Below the pieces are notes generated by a model. The model made no database searches. It saw nothing but the letters and a program-made list of their open reading frames with translations, and had not been told where the DNA came from. A DNA stretch of 64,000 bases. Source: Chiloscyllium plagiosum. Lineage: Eukaryota. The first letter of the stretch is position 1. The number at the start of each line of letters is the position of its first letter. Positions 49,328 through 63,541 of this stretch are shown here, in pieces. The DNA lies in NCBI RefSeq assembly GCF_004010195.1, contig NC_057724.1, forward strand, positions 29,236,113-29,300,112, read 5' to 3'. A program made the translations under genes and the position numbers.

Positions 49328-51059
49328 TTTTAAATACTAAAATGTTTCAGAATAAATAAAATGTTTATCTGTATGTTAAACCGTGTTAATGGAACCATTG
49401 TTAAAGCAATAGTAATTAAACTGGTTACTAGCAATGTATGATCTTAAGTTGAATTTAAATTTTGTGTCTTAAGAAAGGGAAGACATGGTTCATTTTCATT
49501 TTAGATTTGTGAGCCTAAGCTGTGTTGATAAAGTGCCTGCAGGTCTGTTTTGATTAAATGTATTTTAATGAGGTTTTACAAACTTATCCGACTCACTATT
49601 CACTTCAGCTCTTGAAGTCAACGGTTTTGTGCAATATTCCCTCTACGTTTAGTTGTTCTTCCATGGACTTCTGAATTCTTGGTCCATGTGAACAGAGCAG
49701 AAGTCATATGGTGGAAGGTGATCAAAGGTGCATGGGGTTTCTCAGCTGCTACATGAGCACCAACTGTGCAAATTCAGGGAGCATTGGTTCACTGCATGAC
49801 TAAACAAAAGAGAGAAATGAAAGAAAAATGCTGTCCCATTGCCTAGTGACATAGTTGCAGATATACAAAGATGTTGATCCAGGAAGACTCTTCAATCAAT
49901 GTGGCTGCATTGCAGCTGGAAGCTGAGTTTCGAAAACTCATGTATTTGTTCTGATTTAAAATCTTTTGTCTGGAGTTTATTTTAGGTATTTTGGGAAGGG
50001 GCAATCTTTTCAAAGGAAGGAAAGGAAGCATCTTCCAGCGACTGCATAAATTCACCTTAAGGAAACTGGTTGCAGCTATCCCAGCTGAGAATGTGCCAGG
50101 AGCTCTAGTGAAGAAAGTGGCGGCACTGTCCTGATGGTTAAGCCTTTGTAAGGATATTAGTGGGATAAAAGAAAGTGTGAAGTTGTATGTTTTTCAGATG
50201 TCTGTCATGAAATATTTCCAACATTTAATTTCATCTTGGGTGATATAGTTAATGGTTTTTCTTGTTTAATAAATGTTTATTCTCATTCTAAAGGTACACT
50301 GGCAGCCTTTTGTGATTGCATTCAATTACTTTCATGGTTTTAAAAAATGTTAGGATAAAACAAGACAGATTTCAGTTTGGGGTCTGACTTGTCCAGTATC
50401 AACATCTGTTCAGATCATTATAATCTCAAAAGGGAAATTTTGTTGTATTCTGCCTATGACTACTTTTATTTTTGCATTTTCATTTTAGAAAAAAAGAACC
50501 TTGTGTTTTCTTTCTTTTTTGAGGTAAATGCCAATGTATTTCTCCCACTGCTTTCCAAAGAGAAGTTGCCCTTTCAGGTCTTGTTTCTTGTTTTGTTGTC
50601 ATGGATGCACTATAAAAGTAAAAGCCCTGCAGCTAGGCTGTCATCTTTAATACATCAGTTTAGATGTGCTGATATCCAGCAATAATTCTTAAAAAGTTAC
50701 TCATTGCAAGACTGAGAGGCAATTTGTCATTGTACTTAGAGGATTATCTTCTTGCGTAAAACCAGCCCAAACATACACCTGTTATATGTTGGAGTTTATA
50801 TCAGGGTACACGAGATGACCATTTAACACCAACTAACTTTGCACAAGTAATTTGACAATGTATTGAAGTCGTAGGAAAATATGCATGGAATGAATGAGCA
50901 GTCATTAACTTCTGCAGATATCCACTCCATTACTCATTTCTTATGTGCATTGCATGTTATTATGTGACGTTACGGAAACTGACACTTTGTACCTGGCCTG
51001 TAATGGACATCTGTTGTACTGTGTTGTATTGCAGAATTCTGTTGTACAGTGGGATTCTG

Positions 51060-52410
51060 GCAGGTGAGTCTCAAAGTTAGTATGCAGGTACAGAAAGTGA
51101 TTGGAAAGAGAAATGGAATATTGTTGTTTATTGCACGGGAGTGGAGTCTGAAAATAGAAATATTGTGTTACATATCATTAGTGAAATCACATCTGGAGTT
51201 CTGTACATGGTTTTGATCTCCTTATTTAAGGAAGGATTTACTGTAAATGCATTGTGAACAGTTCAGATAATGTTTATTTGACTGAGACCTGGGGACTATG
51301 TTATTGGACAACTTAGTAAAGTTGGGTTTGTATCCTTCAGAGTTTAGAAGAATAAGAGGTGATCTTATTGAGAAATGGATAGAGTGGATGCTTCAAGAAT
51401 GTTACTCCTTGTGGAATAGACTGGATCTAAGGGACACAATTTTAAAATAAGGGGACTTCTTTTATGGTAGAGATGAGGTGAAACATTTTCTCTCAGAGGG
51501 TTTGAATCTTTGAAACACTGTTGTCCAGGAATTGGTGAGGGCAAATAAACTAGTTTTCTTCGGGTTTTAAGTACTTTAGCTGCAGAGAGAAATACACTAC
51601 CTTCCTACCCAGCCTGCAAAGGCTTTTGGCTATCTTGTTCACACCCACAACCATTCTGCTGCCTGGGAGCCAATCACATTGTTTATGGCAGGCAGAATGT
51701 CTTTGTCATCTCCTGCTCCTCGAATGCTGCCTGGCCTGCTGCGCTTTTCCAGCACCACACTTTTCAACAAATATGCAGGTTAACATACAGGTTCAGTTGG
51801 CCGTTAGGGCAACAAATACAATTTTAGCATTCATTTCAAGAGGGCTAGAATACCAGAGGAGGGATGTACTGTTAGGGCTGTATAAGGCTTCCATCACAAC
51901 ACATTTTAAATATTAGGCCCTATGTCTCAGAAACGATGTGCTGGCCTTGGAGGGGGTTGAGAAGAGCTTTACAAGAATGATCCCAGGGATGAAGGATTTG
52001 TCATATGAGGAGTGGCTGAGGGTCTTTACTCGGAATTTAGAATAATGAGGGGGGATCTCGTTAAAACTTACAGAATACTGAGAGGCTTGAATACAGTGGA
52101 TGTGGAGAAAATGCTTCCCCTAGTAGAAGACACTTAGGACTCAAGGGAACAGCTTCAAAGTAAAGGCATGACCCTTTGGAACTGAGATGAGGAGGAATTT
52201 CCTCAGTCAGAGAGTAGGACTCTCTGTGGCAGAATGCTGTGGAGACAAATCTCTCTTTAAGTCAGAGATAGATAGGCCTTAATTAGAGCAGGGATCAAGC
52301 TTTATGGGCAGAAAGACAGGAGAATGGCATTGTGAAACATATCAACCGTGATTGAATGGTGTAGCAGTCTTGATGGGCTGAATTGCCTAATCTACATTGC
52401 TCCTATGGTC
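51060..52410 (+). mobile_element. Two CR1 3' fragments (about 51060-51545 and 51770-52410) separated by a short Penelope-end fragment
   Basis: Degenerate RT C-terminal DNA; ORF 51626..51916 ends ILAFISRGLEYQRRDVLLGLYKA. Confidence 0.7.
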
Positions 52411-52419
52411 TCATTTGAT

Positions 52420-53350
52420 TTGATTTTTACTGTCACATGTACTGAAATACTTTGAGAAGTATTGTTTTGTGTGCTATCCAGACAAATCATACCTTACGTA
52501 AGTATATCAGGGTAATAGAACAAAATGTAGAATATAGTGTTACAGCAAACAAGAAGGTGCAGAGAAACATCAACTCTAAATTTTGAGAGGTCCATTCATA
52601 AATCTGATTACAGCAGGTAAGAAGCTGTTCTTAAATCTGTTGTTACATGTTTTCAAACTTTTGCATCTTCTGTCCAATGGAAGAGGGTGGAAGAGAGTGT
52701 AACTGGGGTGGGAGAGGTCTTTGATTGTGTTGGCTGCTTCCTCAAAGCAATGAGAAGTGTAGATGGAGCCAATGGAAGGAAAGCTGGTTTTTGAGATGGA
52801 CTGGGCTGCATTCACAACTCTCTGTAATGTCTTGCGGTCCTGGGCAGTCGCCATACCAAGCTGTGATACATCTGGATAGGATGCTTTCTGTGGCGCATCA
52901 ATAAAAGTTGGTAAGAGTCCATGTGGACATGTTGAATTTCTTTGGCCTTCTGAGAAAATAGAGGTATTCGTGTGCTTTCTTGATTGTAGCTTCGACGTGG
53001 ATGGACCGGGATAGATCATTGGCGATATTTACTCCTAGGAACTTGAAGCTCTTGACCACCTCAGCACCATTGATACAGACAGAGACGTGGCCTCTACTCC
53101 GCTTCCTGAAGTCCTTTGTTTTGCTGACATTGAGGGAGAGATTATTGTCTTTATGCCACACCACTAAGCTCTCTACCTCTTTCCCGTACTGTGTCTTGTC
53201 ATTGTCTGAGACTCAAGCCACTACTGTGGTGTCATCATCAAATTTAAAAATGGAGTTAGAGCTGAATTTGACCAAACAATCATGAGTGTACAAGGAGTAT
53301 AGTAAGGGTCTGAGTACCCCACAGTCTTGCAAGGCACCAGTGTTGGGGAT
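52420..53350 (-). mobile_element. Rex1/Babar-type LINE 3' part
   Basis: ORF fragments WHKDNNLSLNVSKTK, SFKFLGVNI..DL, YLYFLRR.KKF, LQRVVNAAQSI, RFKNSFLPAVIR. Confidence 0.8.
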
Positions 53351-54871
53351 TATGGTCTTATGGTATCTGTCCATCTGCAGTTAACTGCCCCCAATGCTTG
53401 AACAAGCAACAGTATAAGCAGCACTTAATAAAACCATTGGTAGCTTATTCCCCTTTCAGAATTATGAGTTTTGAAAGCAGTTCCTTTGTCTTTTCAGTCC
53501 CCAGTCAAAACTACAGAAAAAAATTAAAGGATACCGTCTTTACAATCAACAATGTTCTTATTGGGTGGCACAGCAGGCTTGAGGGGCTGATGGCTACTCT
53601 TGCTCATAATTTATTAGTTCATATATTCTATTTTAAAAGTATAGAGTATTGGATTTTAAAATGTGGCTCCATTGATTAAAGACTGACCAACTTTTCATAA
53701 TTATGCAATCAGTTGTGGGAGAATTGATTGAACTCTAAAGTATTTGAGACCATTCATGAAGAATGAATCAGTTTTATAGTCATGTAGTTTGTTTTGTGAA
53801 TGGTATTACATACCACAATCCTGTTGTACATGTATCTATTGTCAATGTTTTGTACAGTATTATAAGGGATTGATCCATATATCAGTATTTGTGTTAGGGA
53901 TACATATTTGTGTTTATGGATCATGTGAAAAACTGAAAGATATTGAACTGTTTGGACACTACTTGAATTTAAAAGTGTTTTTGCCAATAGTTTGAAGGGA
54001 TCCAAGTTCTATCTTAGTAATGCGTTCAATAGTTTAATGTGGGCTATGATCTACCTGCTGCTGACAGAAAGTTGAACAACTTTTGAACACAACCCAACAA
54101 AGCTTTGAGGGTGATAAGAAGTGGAGTTTGTTTCCCTTATTTGATGGAAAACCTGTCTTTGGAAGACACTATGGGTCCACTGTGCTAATGGTTGCAGAGC
54201 AACTCTTTCTGGATATAATTTCTGTTCCACAAACCTGGAGAATTAGTAGGAAAATAGCCTTAAAAGCAGTAGTAAGAGTGCAAGTCTCACTCTCCTCCCC
54301 CCAGTCCCCTCAAACTGCATCCCCTCCCTCTCAACTGAAGAACTTGAAAATTGATAAAGCTTTCGCATCTCAGTATCTTGACTATCTTGTACACCCTGAG
54401 AAGCTGATCTGTGGCCATTATCCAGACACTTGGACCCAATTTCAATGCAATCTAAACCAAAGCACTGTTTAGAAGATTCTCTGTCACTAAGTCATTTTAT
54501 CAGCAAGAAATGAAGTGGACTATGAGAATTCATCAAATTCTATCTTTTGCTTCTCAGACCATTGGTCAATAAGGGTATTTTTCTTTTGTCATTTTAAAAA
54601 TATCATCTGTACAAAGTCTTTGTTATTTTTTGTATTTTGTTTTATGGAATTAAAAGGGGATCTAGTTCTAATTTGGGGTTATAGCTTCAACATTAATCAG
54701 TTTTGCCACTTGTATTTAGGGATGAGCTTCATTGTACGTTGGGAATACATTTCGATATTTAGAGACAAACTAAAAAGAAACTGGAAAGTTTTGATATGTA
54801 CAGTATTTTGTAGAATGAAGAGGGTTTCTTCCCATAACATTTCTTAAAAATGAATCCAATGCTTTAATATG

Positions 54872-55045
54872 TTAGCGATTTTTGAGAAGATTTGTAGCTC
54901 AGGTTGATGATAAGCATGTAAGTTAGCTCGCTGTGCTGGAAGGTGTGTTTTCAGATGTTTCATCACCATACTAGGTGACATCATCAGTGACTTCTGGTGA
55001 AGTGCTGGTGGCATGTCTTGCCTCTCTATTTATACATCTTGGTTT
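54872..55045 (-). mobile_element. Further Penelope-type terminal repeat with hammerhead-like core
   Basis: Reverse strand at 54952-54989 reads ca-CTGATGA-t-gtcacc-tagtat-ggtgat-GAAA-catc-tg. Confidence 0.65.
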
Positions 55046-57059
55046 CATCAATGGGAAATCTAACAGACATAAGAGGTCATCACATTTCAATTTTAGTCTC
55101 CTGACACTTGACCCTTTTGCTATTTTGCCCTTTTAAAGAAAAATACATAATTTCTGCAGAAACTCACCTTTTGTGCTGTGTGAGTATATTTGTATTTGGG
55201 ATTAAGGGGATATATTTTAATGTTGGATCACAGCTTTGGTGTTAAGTAGGGTTTGTAAGTAGGGAATAAGTATTGTTCATAGTAAGTGGATTGTTTCATG
55301 ATCTTTAAAGAAGAGTGGTGGGCATTTCTTTTATTCTGGATGGTAGTACAAAAGGGAAGTTATTGGATATTTTTGAAATTGAATCAGTAAGCTAATGGTC
55401 CAACCGGTGGAGTAGTGGGACTTGACTATCAGTTCATTCCTCCCATCACAGTGATAGTATTTATTCTGAGTTGATTATGTTGAGTTCATTAAAAAAGCAT
55501 GGTGTAAGTCTTTTGTATTTTGGATAATAATACCAAAGAGAGAAAAAAAATCGACCATTTTGGTGATTAGGTACAAGGCATTAATACCAATGGTGTGCCT
55601 CATGGAGAATTGGGACTTCATTATTTGTGTACTCTTCCCATCCGAATTGAAACAGCTGATAACAATGATTACAGCTGTTCTGCTTACCTGTTACACAGAT
55701 CCCACATCGAAATGAATTCAGTAACAAAGATACTAGAATGACCTTCTGTCTCCTCTACATGTTACTTCAATGTTACTGACCAAGATTGTGATCTTTGTTT
55801 GGTGAATACAGACCTATAACATGCAGGGACTTAAAATCTGCCCATCAGTAGCAGAGAGTGGAGGACACTGGTACCTGTTACAGAGGACTAACCATGACCT
55901 TTAACATCTGCCAAAACGTAAATGATGCTTTTGCTATGTAAGATATATTAGATATGAATTAATACATATGAATTATATGTATGAAATGAAGCTTAAAACA
56001 TTAATTAATGTAAAAATTTGAAGTTTTAAACGGTATTATATCCAACGAACCCTAAAACTCAGACCTTCAATATTTACAATTCTGTTCAACCTTCATGCAC
56101 TTACTCTCTCCCTGACTGGAGTAAATATGTATCACAAGTTTCAACAGTAATGTAATTGTAATTGGCTGTTTTCACATATGTTTTTTGCATTCAGTTTTTA
56201 AAACCAGAGAAAAAATGGTTGGTTACTTCTTGCCTGTTTCCTATCTTATAGCACTGTTTTTAAACTAACTGAAATCTACAATAACCTATGAGTGACCACC
56301 TGAACTCTACAAAAAGTGTATCGCTGTGTGGCTGACTGATAAGTCCAACAATAGTGAGAACCCGTCACTGTGTGATTGAGTAATTGAACCAAATGGTATT
56401 GAGACTCCATTGTATTGCTGACTGAAGAGTTCTATATGATTTACTACATCTGTAATAGTGTGGCCCTGTTAGTGTGCAGCTGTTTGATGACCCCTGATAA
56501 TGTGGCATCAATGAAAATATTTTTATATGTTTCCTGTGTCTGAACATGAATAAAAAACCTCGAACAGAGAAATGAAACTAGTCTAAGTGACATGATAGCC
56601 CCTTTCTGATGATGAATCAGGGAGTAAACCAGAGACAGTGGCTAAATTAGGATTTGGAGTTATATTATAGCAGTAAACGCAGGGATTGTTCTCCCATATG
56701 AGTTACGGTTTCCCTGCTATGTACTTATGGAGTCCTGTTTCCAGGCAAGACAGCATTGGCAAGGAGCCTGCAACTTCCTGCTTACTGGATCCACTGATAA
56801 GATGCTGATGCCATGTCACATATGGTGACATTTCTGATGATAACATTGTTGAAATTTCTGATAGATTAGCGTCTGTATCCTGTTGCCTTTGGAACAGGCT
56901 GTTGTTCCTGTTTGAGCAAGTACCAGTTGCTACATACATTTGTTTGACCCATGTTCCAATGGTATCAAGGATTAATTTCACAAACAATAAATGCTCTCCT
57001 TGCATTTTCTTAACTTCTTAGAATTTACAAATTAACATAACAGAAAAGAAATGCTCACA

Positions 57060-58300
57060 GGCAGAATTTCCCATTTTTAATTAAAGTGATTTGCGGAGTG
57101 ACATGGGTACTACCTGGTCCGTCAAGGCTGAGAGTGACATTTCTTAGGCGATCTTCACCTCATCCATTAGGATATTGAACTTTTGGTCTTCTTTTCTGGG
57201 AAATCATGCAACTGAGAGGCAGGATTGCTGGCCCCTGCCAGGAACCCCTACTACCCCCTCCCAACTTTGCAGTGTCCATATCTCAGGTGCTGTATTTACA
57301 GCTCTGCTACATGCCTCTTCCCATGTTGCAAATTAGGAACGGCCCCTCACACTGTGGGGCTTGTGCTATCATTGAGACATGACTCAGAAGAAAGGAAAGC
57401 TCATCCCCTGCTTCAAAGAAAGAGGCCTGGAGGCCTCACTGTCAGGCTGGTGCAGAGGAGGGCATTTCATTTTCCTGCAGACTGCCACATCTCCTGAATC
57501 AGTTTGGACACAATTCGCAGTCTGGATGAAGTGGACACTCATAGTGAATGAAGAAACTCGATGCTCAGTCCTGGTAAATGCCACCTCACTCTAATTCTGC
57601 CACTGCACCCTTCTCTCAACAAGTCTCATTAACTACAACTCTTCCACATCATGTCCACTCAACAGCTCCTACCCACCATATCCTCCCTTCCTGCCAGCTA
57701 CACTTCCGACATGGTAACTGGAGACAACACGCCACTTCTCCAGGTGATCTGCAGGACTAACCAAGGCCCAATCCTTGGACTGCAAGGACACAGATCCCCA
57801 GACTTTAGTTGGACCAAGTTCTTGACTGACTGTAGTGACAACTCTAACTGACTGGAGTCCACCTCTTATCCCCACTGAAGTTTTCTCCCCTTTCCACTTC
57901 ACACATGGCCATTTGGTTGAAGTACATGCGTATGTTTACCATTTAATCTACTGGCAAATGCCATAGCTGTGAACTTGACACAGCACAGTCCCACACAGCA
58001 ACATGTCCACCTTTTTGACTATTCAGTGCTCACCACTGTGACAGATAGCCTGCCTCTTCCTCCATATAGAAAAGTAGTGCAGGACATAGAGACTAATAGC
58101 CTGTAAATGACCTGTACACTAACGCAATGTGATGAAAGATCAAGGAGGATGGTCACCATAGAAGATGTGGTGACATTATTGTGAAGAAATAGTTTCATGA
58201 TGGCCAGGACAAGTATTTGGTGAGTTGCAGCTGCCAGGTACCCACTCTGATTAACGTATTGGGAATTTGCTGTTACCCAGGCAAGGAACAGAGAATTGGA
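57060..58300 (+). mobile_element. Possible PIF/Harbinger relic (Myb/SANT-like ORF remnant)
   Basis: Weak resemblance of KGKLIPCFKERGLEASL... and VWTQFA to the Myb/SANT-like protein of Harbingers. No TIRs resolved. Confidence 0.3.
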
Positions 58301-59559
58301 ATTGGTGTCGAAATAGATTGATTAAACACTCAATGATAGTATTTAAGTTGTCATCATTAAGGAAGCCTGAAACTTTCCCTTTCCCAGTTTACCTTCACCT
58401 TTAAACAACATTCTAACATTTACCTCATTGTTGGGGACCATTCAATCTGATTCCAGATACAGTCTCCAGCCACCATTCCCACCTCACCTGGGTCCTCCTG
58501 GGAAATAGGCCAGAGTCCTCCTTCAATTACTTTGATGAGGTTCAAAATTTTCAGAAGTGTTAGAGCCCTTACTGACTTTCCATTATTTTTATTATATTCT
58601 TTTATCGATTTTAGTTTGAGCAAAATATGACTTTTGTACTGAAGGAAATAGCTTGTGACCAAACAAGTTTTTGCTTATTCGTGAGGCCAGACTTGGAAGT
58701 TAATTGCAGGTCGGTACCTGATCAAATGGCTCTGCAGATGCTTTGTCACTGGAGAAGAGCATTAAGTTTAAACAGACAGCAAAAGTTGGCTATTAAAGAG
58801 GTCAGAAGCTAGGAATTGGTCCTGGCAAATCTGGAAAATAACTTATGCTCAAGCAGATGCCAGTTGTTGAAGGGTAACTTGGGATCTTGTGAAGGAGATG
58901 ATCAGTCTGTCAGGGAGGGGTCAGAGCTTGAATTGGATTTTGGACTGTGTTGCAGTGAGAAAGAATCTGGCTGTTGATGCTACAGCATGAAGATTTGAAA
59001 GCTCCTTTCCTAGCCTCACTTATCAGCTCATGGAATTTCAGAGATTGGAAAATAGAGTTATAAATATTACTACCTTTATCTAAGTGAACTGTAAAAGTGA
59101 CCCCAATAGTCATCTTCAGAAAATCAACCAAGAAATCCTCATCTATGCTTATAGAACAACAAATCATGAAAATGATTTAAGCAATCTGTCCACTTTTGTT
59201 ATTTTAGTTTATTATTCCCTTAACTGTGTTTGTTTGTTTATCTGTCTTTTGTGTGAATGGTGCTGAAAACATACGTTTTTTGGGTTTATAACAGAGACCA
59301 AATAGATTACTTAGTAATTTAATTTTTGCTCTGTTAAATTTGCTGTATTAAATTGTTAAGTCCTTTGTTTAAAATACAAATTGGTGTCTGAAATTGATTA
59401 TTTGCAGAGCCTGGGATTGTTTATTTACAAGTTAGGAACTATTGAGAATTTTTCAGGATCTTGAAGGTTTTAATTTAACTGTATTGCAAATGCAGAGGTA
59501 AAGAGGTTGATTTAGTTCAGCTATCTGTCTCTATGTCATAACAGGGGGCTGAAGGATTC

Positions 59560-61250
59560 CAGTTTACTTTGGTTCTCATTTGCACTGATCTTGCTCATCT
59601 TTAAAATCACCATGATCATCAAGTAATTAAACCATAATCACAACTGTGTACATGCTCCCATACTTTTACATCACTTTGAATACTATGATTCATTCCTCAT
59701 GACTAGATCCAATAAGGAATATTTTCTTGCGGGGTTGTTTACATTTTGGGTTAAAAAGAGTCTGAGACACACTTGTGGACATCTATTCCCCCATCGCCTT
59801 TACCTACCTCTTTTTAAATGCTAACTAATTAATATCAGAGTGATTGAAATCCTCCATAATTATTTTTCTTGTTTTATTAAATTCCTTAAATTTCCTGCAT
59901 ACTTCCTCCTCAATGTCTCACAGGTTGTCTGTCGACCACACCTATAAAAGTATTAACCTTTTATTACAATTTACTTGCATGCTTACGGGTTTTATTTTTG
60001 ACTTGCTGAAAGTTATCTCCCTTTTTTTGACTGCTGTTATGATATGCTTAAGTATGGATACTCCATCTCCAATTTTTACCTTCCTACCTTTTAAAAATAT
60101 TTTATGACACACAATGTTTAATTCCCAACTGTAATGTTTCTGTAGTCGTGTCTCAGTGATCAATATCTCCTTCCTGTCAATGTGATTGCCTCCAGCTCCC
60201 TGTTTCGTTATGAACACTGTATACTGTTGTACACATGATTTAATTTATTACAATAAGATTTCTATTATGTTTTGTCTAACCATATTTCTAAAATGATGTT
60301 CTATAACTATTTATTTCTGTGCTATTACCGTTTCCCTTATTTAAGGTGAAACTCTTTCCTATGTTCATCTTTCGTGTTTTCATTTAAGCACTTACTTTTC
60401 CAGTAGATTCCTCCTCATCCTGTCTTGCTAGCTTAAAGCATTTATCACTTTCCTTTTTACAAGTGTACAGGTTCCATCCCACTAATACAAATTATTTTTG
60501 TCCCAGAGCTGATTTCAATGGTTTTTGTAAATGTTTTCCCACCCCAGTCCTTTGGACGTTTATTAATTCTCCTCATCTGTCTGCTCCGATGTCAAATTCC
60601 ATGTGACTTGTGGAAGAATCCAGGGAATAAACTCTCGAGGTTCTGTCTTTTAAAATAAAATCTAAATTCTCTTTCAGAAGGACCTCCTGCCTGTTCCTGC
60701 CCATAACATTAGTCCCAACTCTTCCCTTTCCAAGATCCTCTCCAATTGCTGTAACATATTTCAGGACAACAGTAAGTAGGCAGCATGCCCTTTGAGATTC
60801 TCATTCGTGGCTGCTGAGACTACTGTCTTTCTTCTGCTATCATCCCCCTGTTGCTACTAAATTTATATTCTATTCCCTGCCTTGGACAGTCTTCTCAGCC
60901 ACGGTGCATTGGTCTGCATTGTAGCTTGCTCCCTGTAGCCCTTCTCCTTGCTCTCACAGATAGTGACTACATTGTATCTAGTGTATCTAGTAGAAGAACC
61001 TCCTACTCAATATTTCCTAAATCTCTGATCCCTGTAACTCTCTATCAGCAACACTGACCCTTTCCTGAACCTGTGTTTTCATCTGTTGTATGACTGGAAA
61101 AAAGCTCTTCAGAAATTTCTCTCCCTCCCTTATGTGTTGGTGTCTTTCTATCTTGCTTTCCAGCTCATGACTCTGAACTGGAGAGATTCAATGTGAAGCT
61201 ATCTCCCACATTCTGCTGTCCAGGCACACAACATGCTCTGTCATAACTTA
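59560..61250 (-). mobile_element. Old CR1 5' region (ORF1/endonuclease) remnant
   Basis: ORF 59942..60217 has ILITETRL...ELNI...IFLKGRKVKIGDGVSIL, an endonuclease-like segment. Confidence 0.55.
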
Positions 61251-61943
61251 GACTAGCCTTAATAAAAATCAAAGTCTTTGTTTGATTATTATATTATGTA
61301 TTAATTGATGTAGTTTAACTAGTTAGGCTATAAATTTATGCCTTTAGAAGAGCTCAAGTTCCACTTTGAGAGCATGTGGGTAGATGAATCAGAAACAGTT
61401 TAAAGCTAATATGAACAGGTTGCTAAAAGATTCTGTGTTACTGAGTGATGGATATTCAGTTCAGTAGTGAGATTTTCCAAGTAACAGGTACTTATTCAAT
61501 GTTGTATTCTGCCTCCCTATGTAAAAGATGCCTGTCTGATGCAATATTATGCAACTTGAGTAACAATTATATATTCAATGCTGTGTTGAAAATCTCTGAT
61601 TAATGAATATATTCTGCATAGTACTGCATGTCCATGTGTAACTGTACATAGCCAGCTCATTAACACTTACTTAATGAAGACACATAGTGCTGCTATATAT
61701 GAGGGTTGGATATTTTAATGTTTCTTTGAGTAACAACTACCTTTCCAACACAGTAGCATATAACTTTAGTATAATGGGATGTAACTGAGCACAGTACTGT
61801 ATTTCACTAACATGCACACATCCAGTACAGTACTATGGATGTCTGAATATTAGATACATGCACACTCAAGATGTCTCTGAGTACTTATACTGATCTAGCA
61901 CATTGAATTAAGTTTTTATTGCATTTACTGACATCTTTTGCAG

Positions 61944-62048
61944 GGGAAATCTTACTCATTTAAAGGGCCATTTCCTCCTGTGTGGAACCCTATTGCTTAC
62001 TTGGATTACAACAACCTCTGGAGGACATTGGATGAAATGGGAAAGAAG
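61944..62048 (+). CDS. Monoamine oxidase exon 4: [35 protein letters not shown]
   Basis: Acceptor ttttgcag with a ctgac branch point, 105 nt, donor AAG|gtaaca. Confidence 0.96.
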
Positions 62049-63541
62049 GTAACAAATTTGCTTCTTTCCCAAAGTAAGTGAAGTTAAGGCACCATAGTTC
62101 CATCTCATTAGGGAGAGACAATTGCGATGGTTTAACCTGAGAGTCACCCCTCCTTGGGGAGGGGAGAAGTTGAGAAGGAGGGACTTTTGTGATGACCTTA
62201 TCTGATGTAGGAATTGAAACTACACTGTTGGTATAATGCTATGTCACAAACCAGTCATTCAACCAACTGAATTAACTAACACCCAAATTATTCTGTGTTG
62301 GAAAGATTCAATGTCTTTTTTACTGCCTGCGGTGTTGTGATTCTTGCTCTTTTGTAGATATGCATTCAGTGAGATGTGAAAATGCATTCTATAAGCTGTG
62401 CGGGTCATCAACCTGCTGGATTCACTAAGACCCTCCTGGGAGCTGCTTGAAATCTTTCTGGTTGATACAAATCTGGGGTTTACATCAGGCGGACACAATG
62501 ACATAATGATGTAACCACCAACTCTGAAAACCTCGGGGAATCTGGCAATTTAGAAACATTTGATGGTCCAGAGCCATGTGTTTGAACAGTACTTTATCAG
62601 ACTGTGTGGATTCTGGGCAATGGAGATATTGTCGCCTTGTGTTATGGAGGAATGCATAGCAAATTTGCTGAATTGATAGAAGTTAGATCAGAAATTCTGC
62701 TAAGGTTTTCTGGAATGAGCATATGGCAAAAAGGCTGATAGCGGTAACCCTGTTCTGTGCTGCAGTGAGAGGTGGCTATACTGTGATTGAAATCCAACCT
62801 CTTGTGCCACATTTCAAAGACTTTAAAAAGCATGAATTGATATGTTGATCCTAGGATGATCAGGCTTTTTCCTAGTGCTATCTGCTTCATCTATTTTGTA
62901 TCACAATCTCTACTAATCTTCCTCTTCAACATTTAGTTCCACTTAAATTGTGATTTCCATTTGGAAACCTCTTCTGCAATCATCAGATCCTCACTGAGTG
63001 ACTGCATTGAAATTAAATAACTCCCAAGAGTAATGGAAATTTGCTGAGTATAGAGTGAATAAAATTCCCCAAACCTGCTGTGGGTCCCAAGATATGGCCA
63101 TAACCAGGTTTGAACAATATCTTTCCAATCAATTACAATTGTTGTGACAAAATGGTGCTTCCAGATTATGTTTTTATAAACACTTGCATGCATTCTCAGG
63201 GTATTTAAAGATTATACAATTTTGTCCTAGCTCTGTCAGTTGCTTGTGGCTGCTACTGAGAAGACAGGGACTTCATCAATCATCTGAAACTGTGCAGAGT
63301 TTAAGCCAATGCCAACCGAATCTCAACCCTGCCAGAAATCTCTGGCCTTACAAAAGGTTAATTTCTAACTTTTGATTTCACACAAACCTACAGTTTTGAG
63401 GCCAGTTGGCAGAGGTAGAGGTCTTTTTTCATCTCTCTGCTGGGTTGGGTTGTTAAGCAAATCTCAGAAGTGAAAAGAAAGTGTCCGAACTAAGCCCCAT
63501 AAGGTCTGCTTTTAGAATGATCATTAATTTAATACTGTTAG

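Noticed and set aside
58330-59543. Possible solo LTR (ends in cataaca); similar impression at about 49350-50420
   Set aside because: No partner LTR, TSD, PBS or PPT resolved; not supportable.
62259-63193. Series of minus-strand ORFs suggesting a transposase relic
   Set aside because: No motif I can assign with confidence; needs a profile search.
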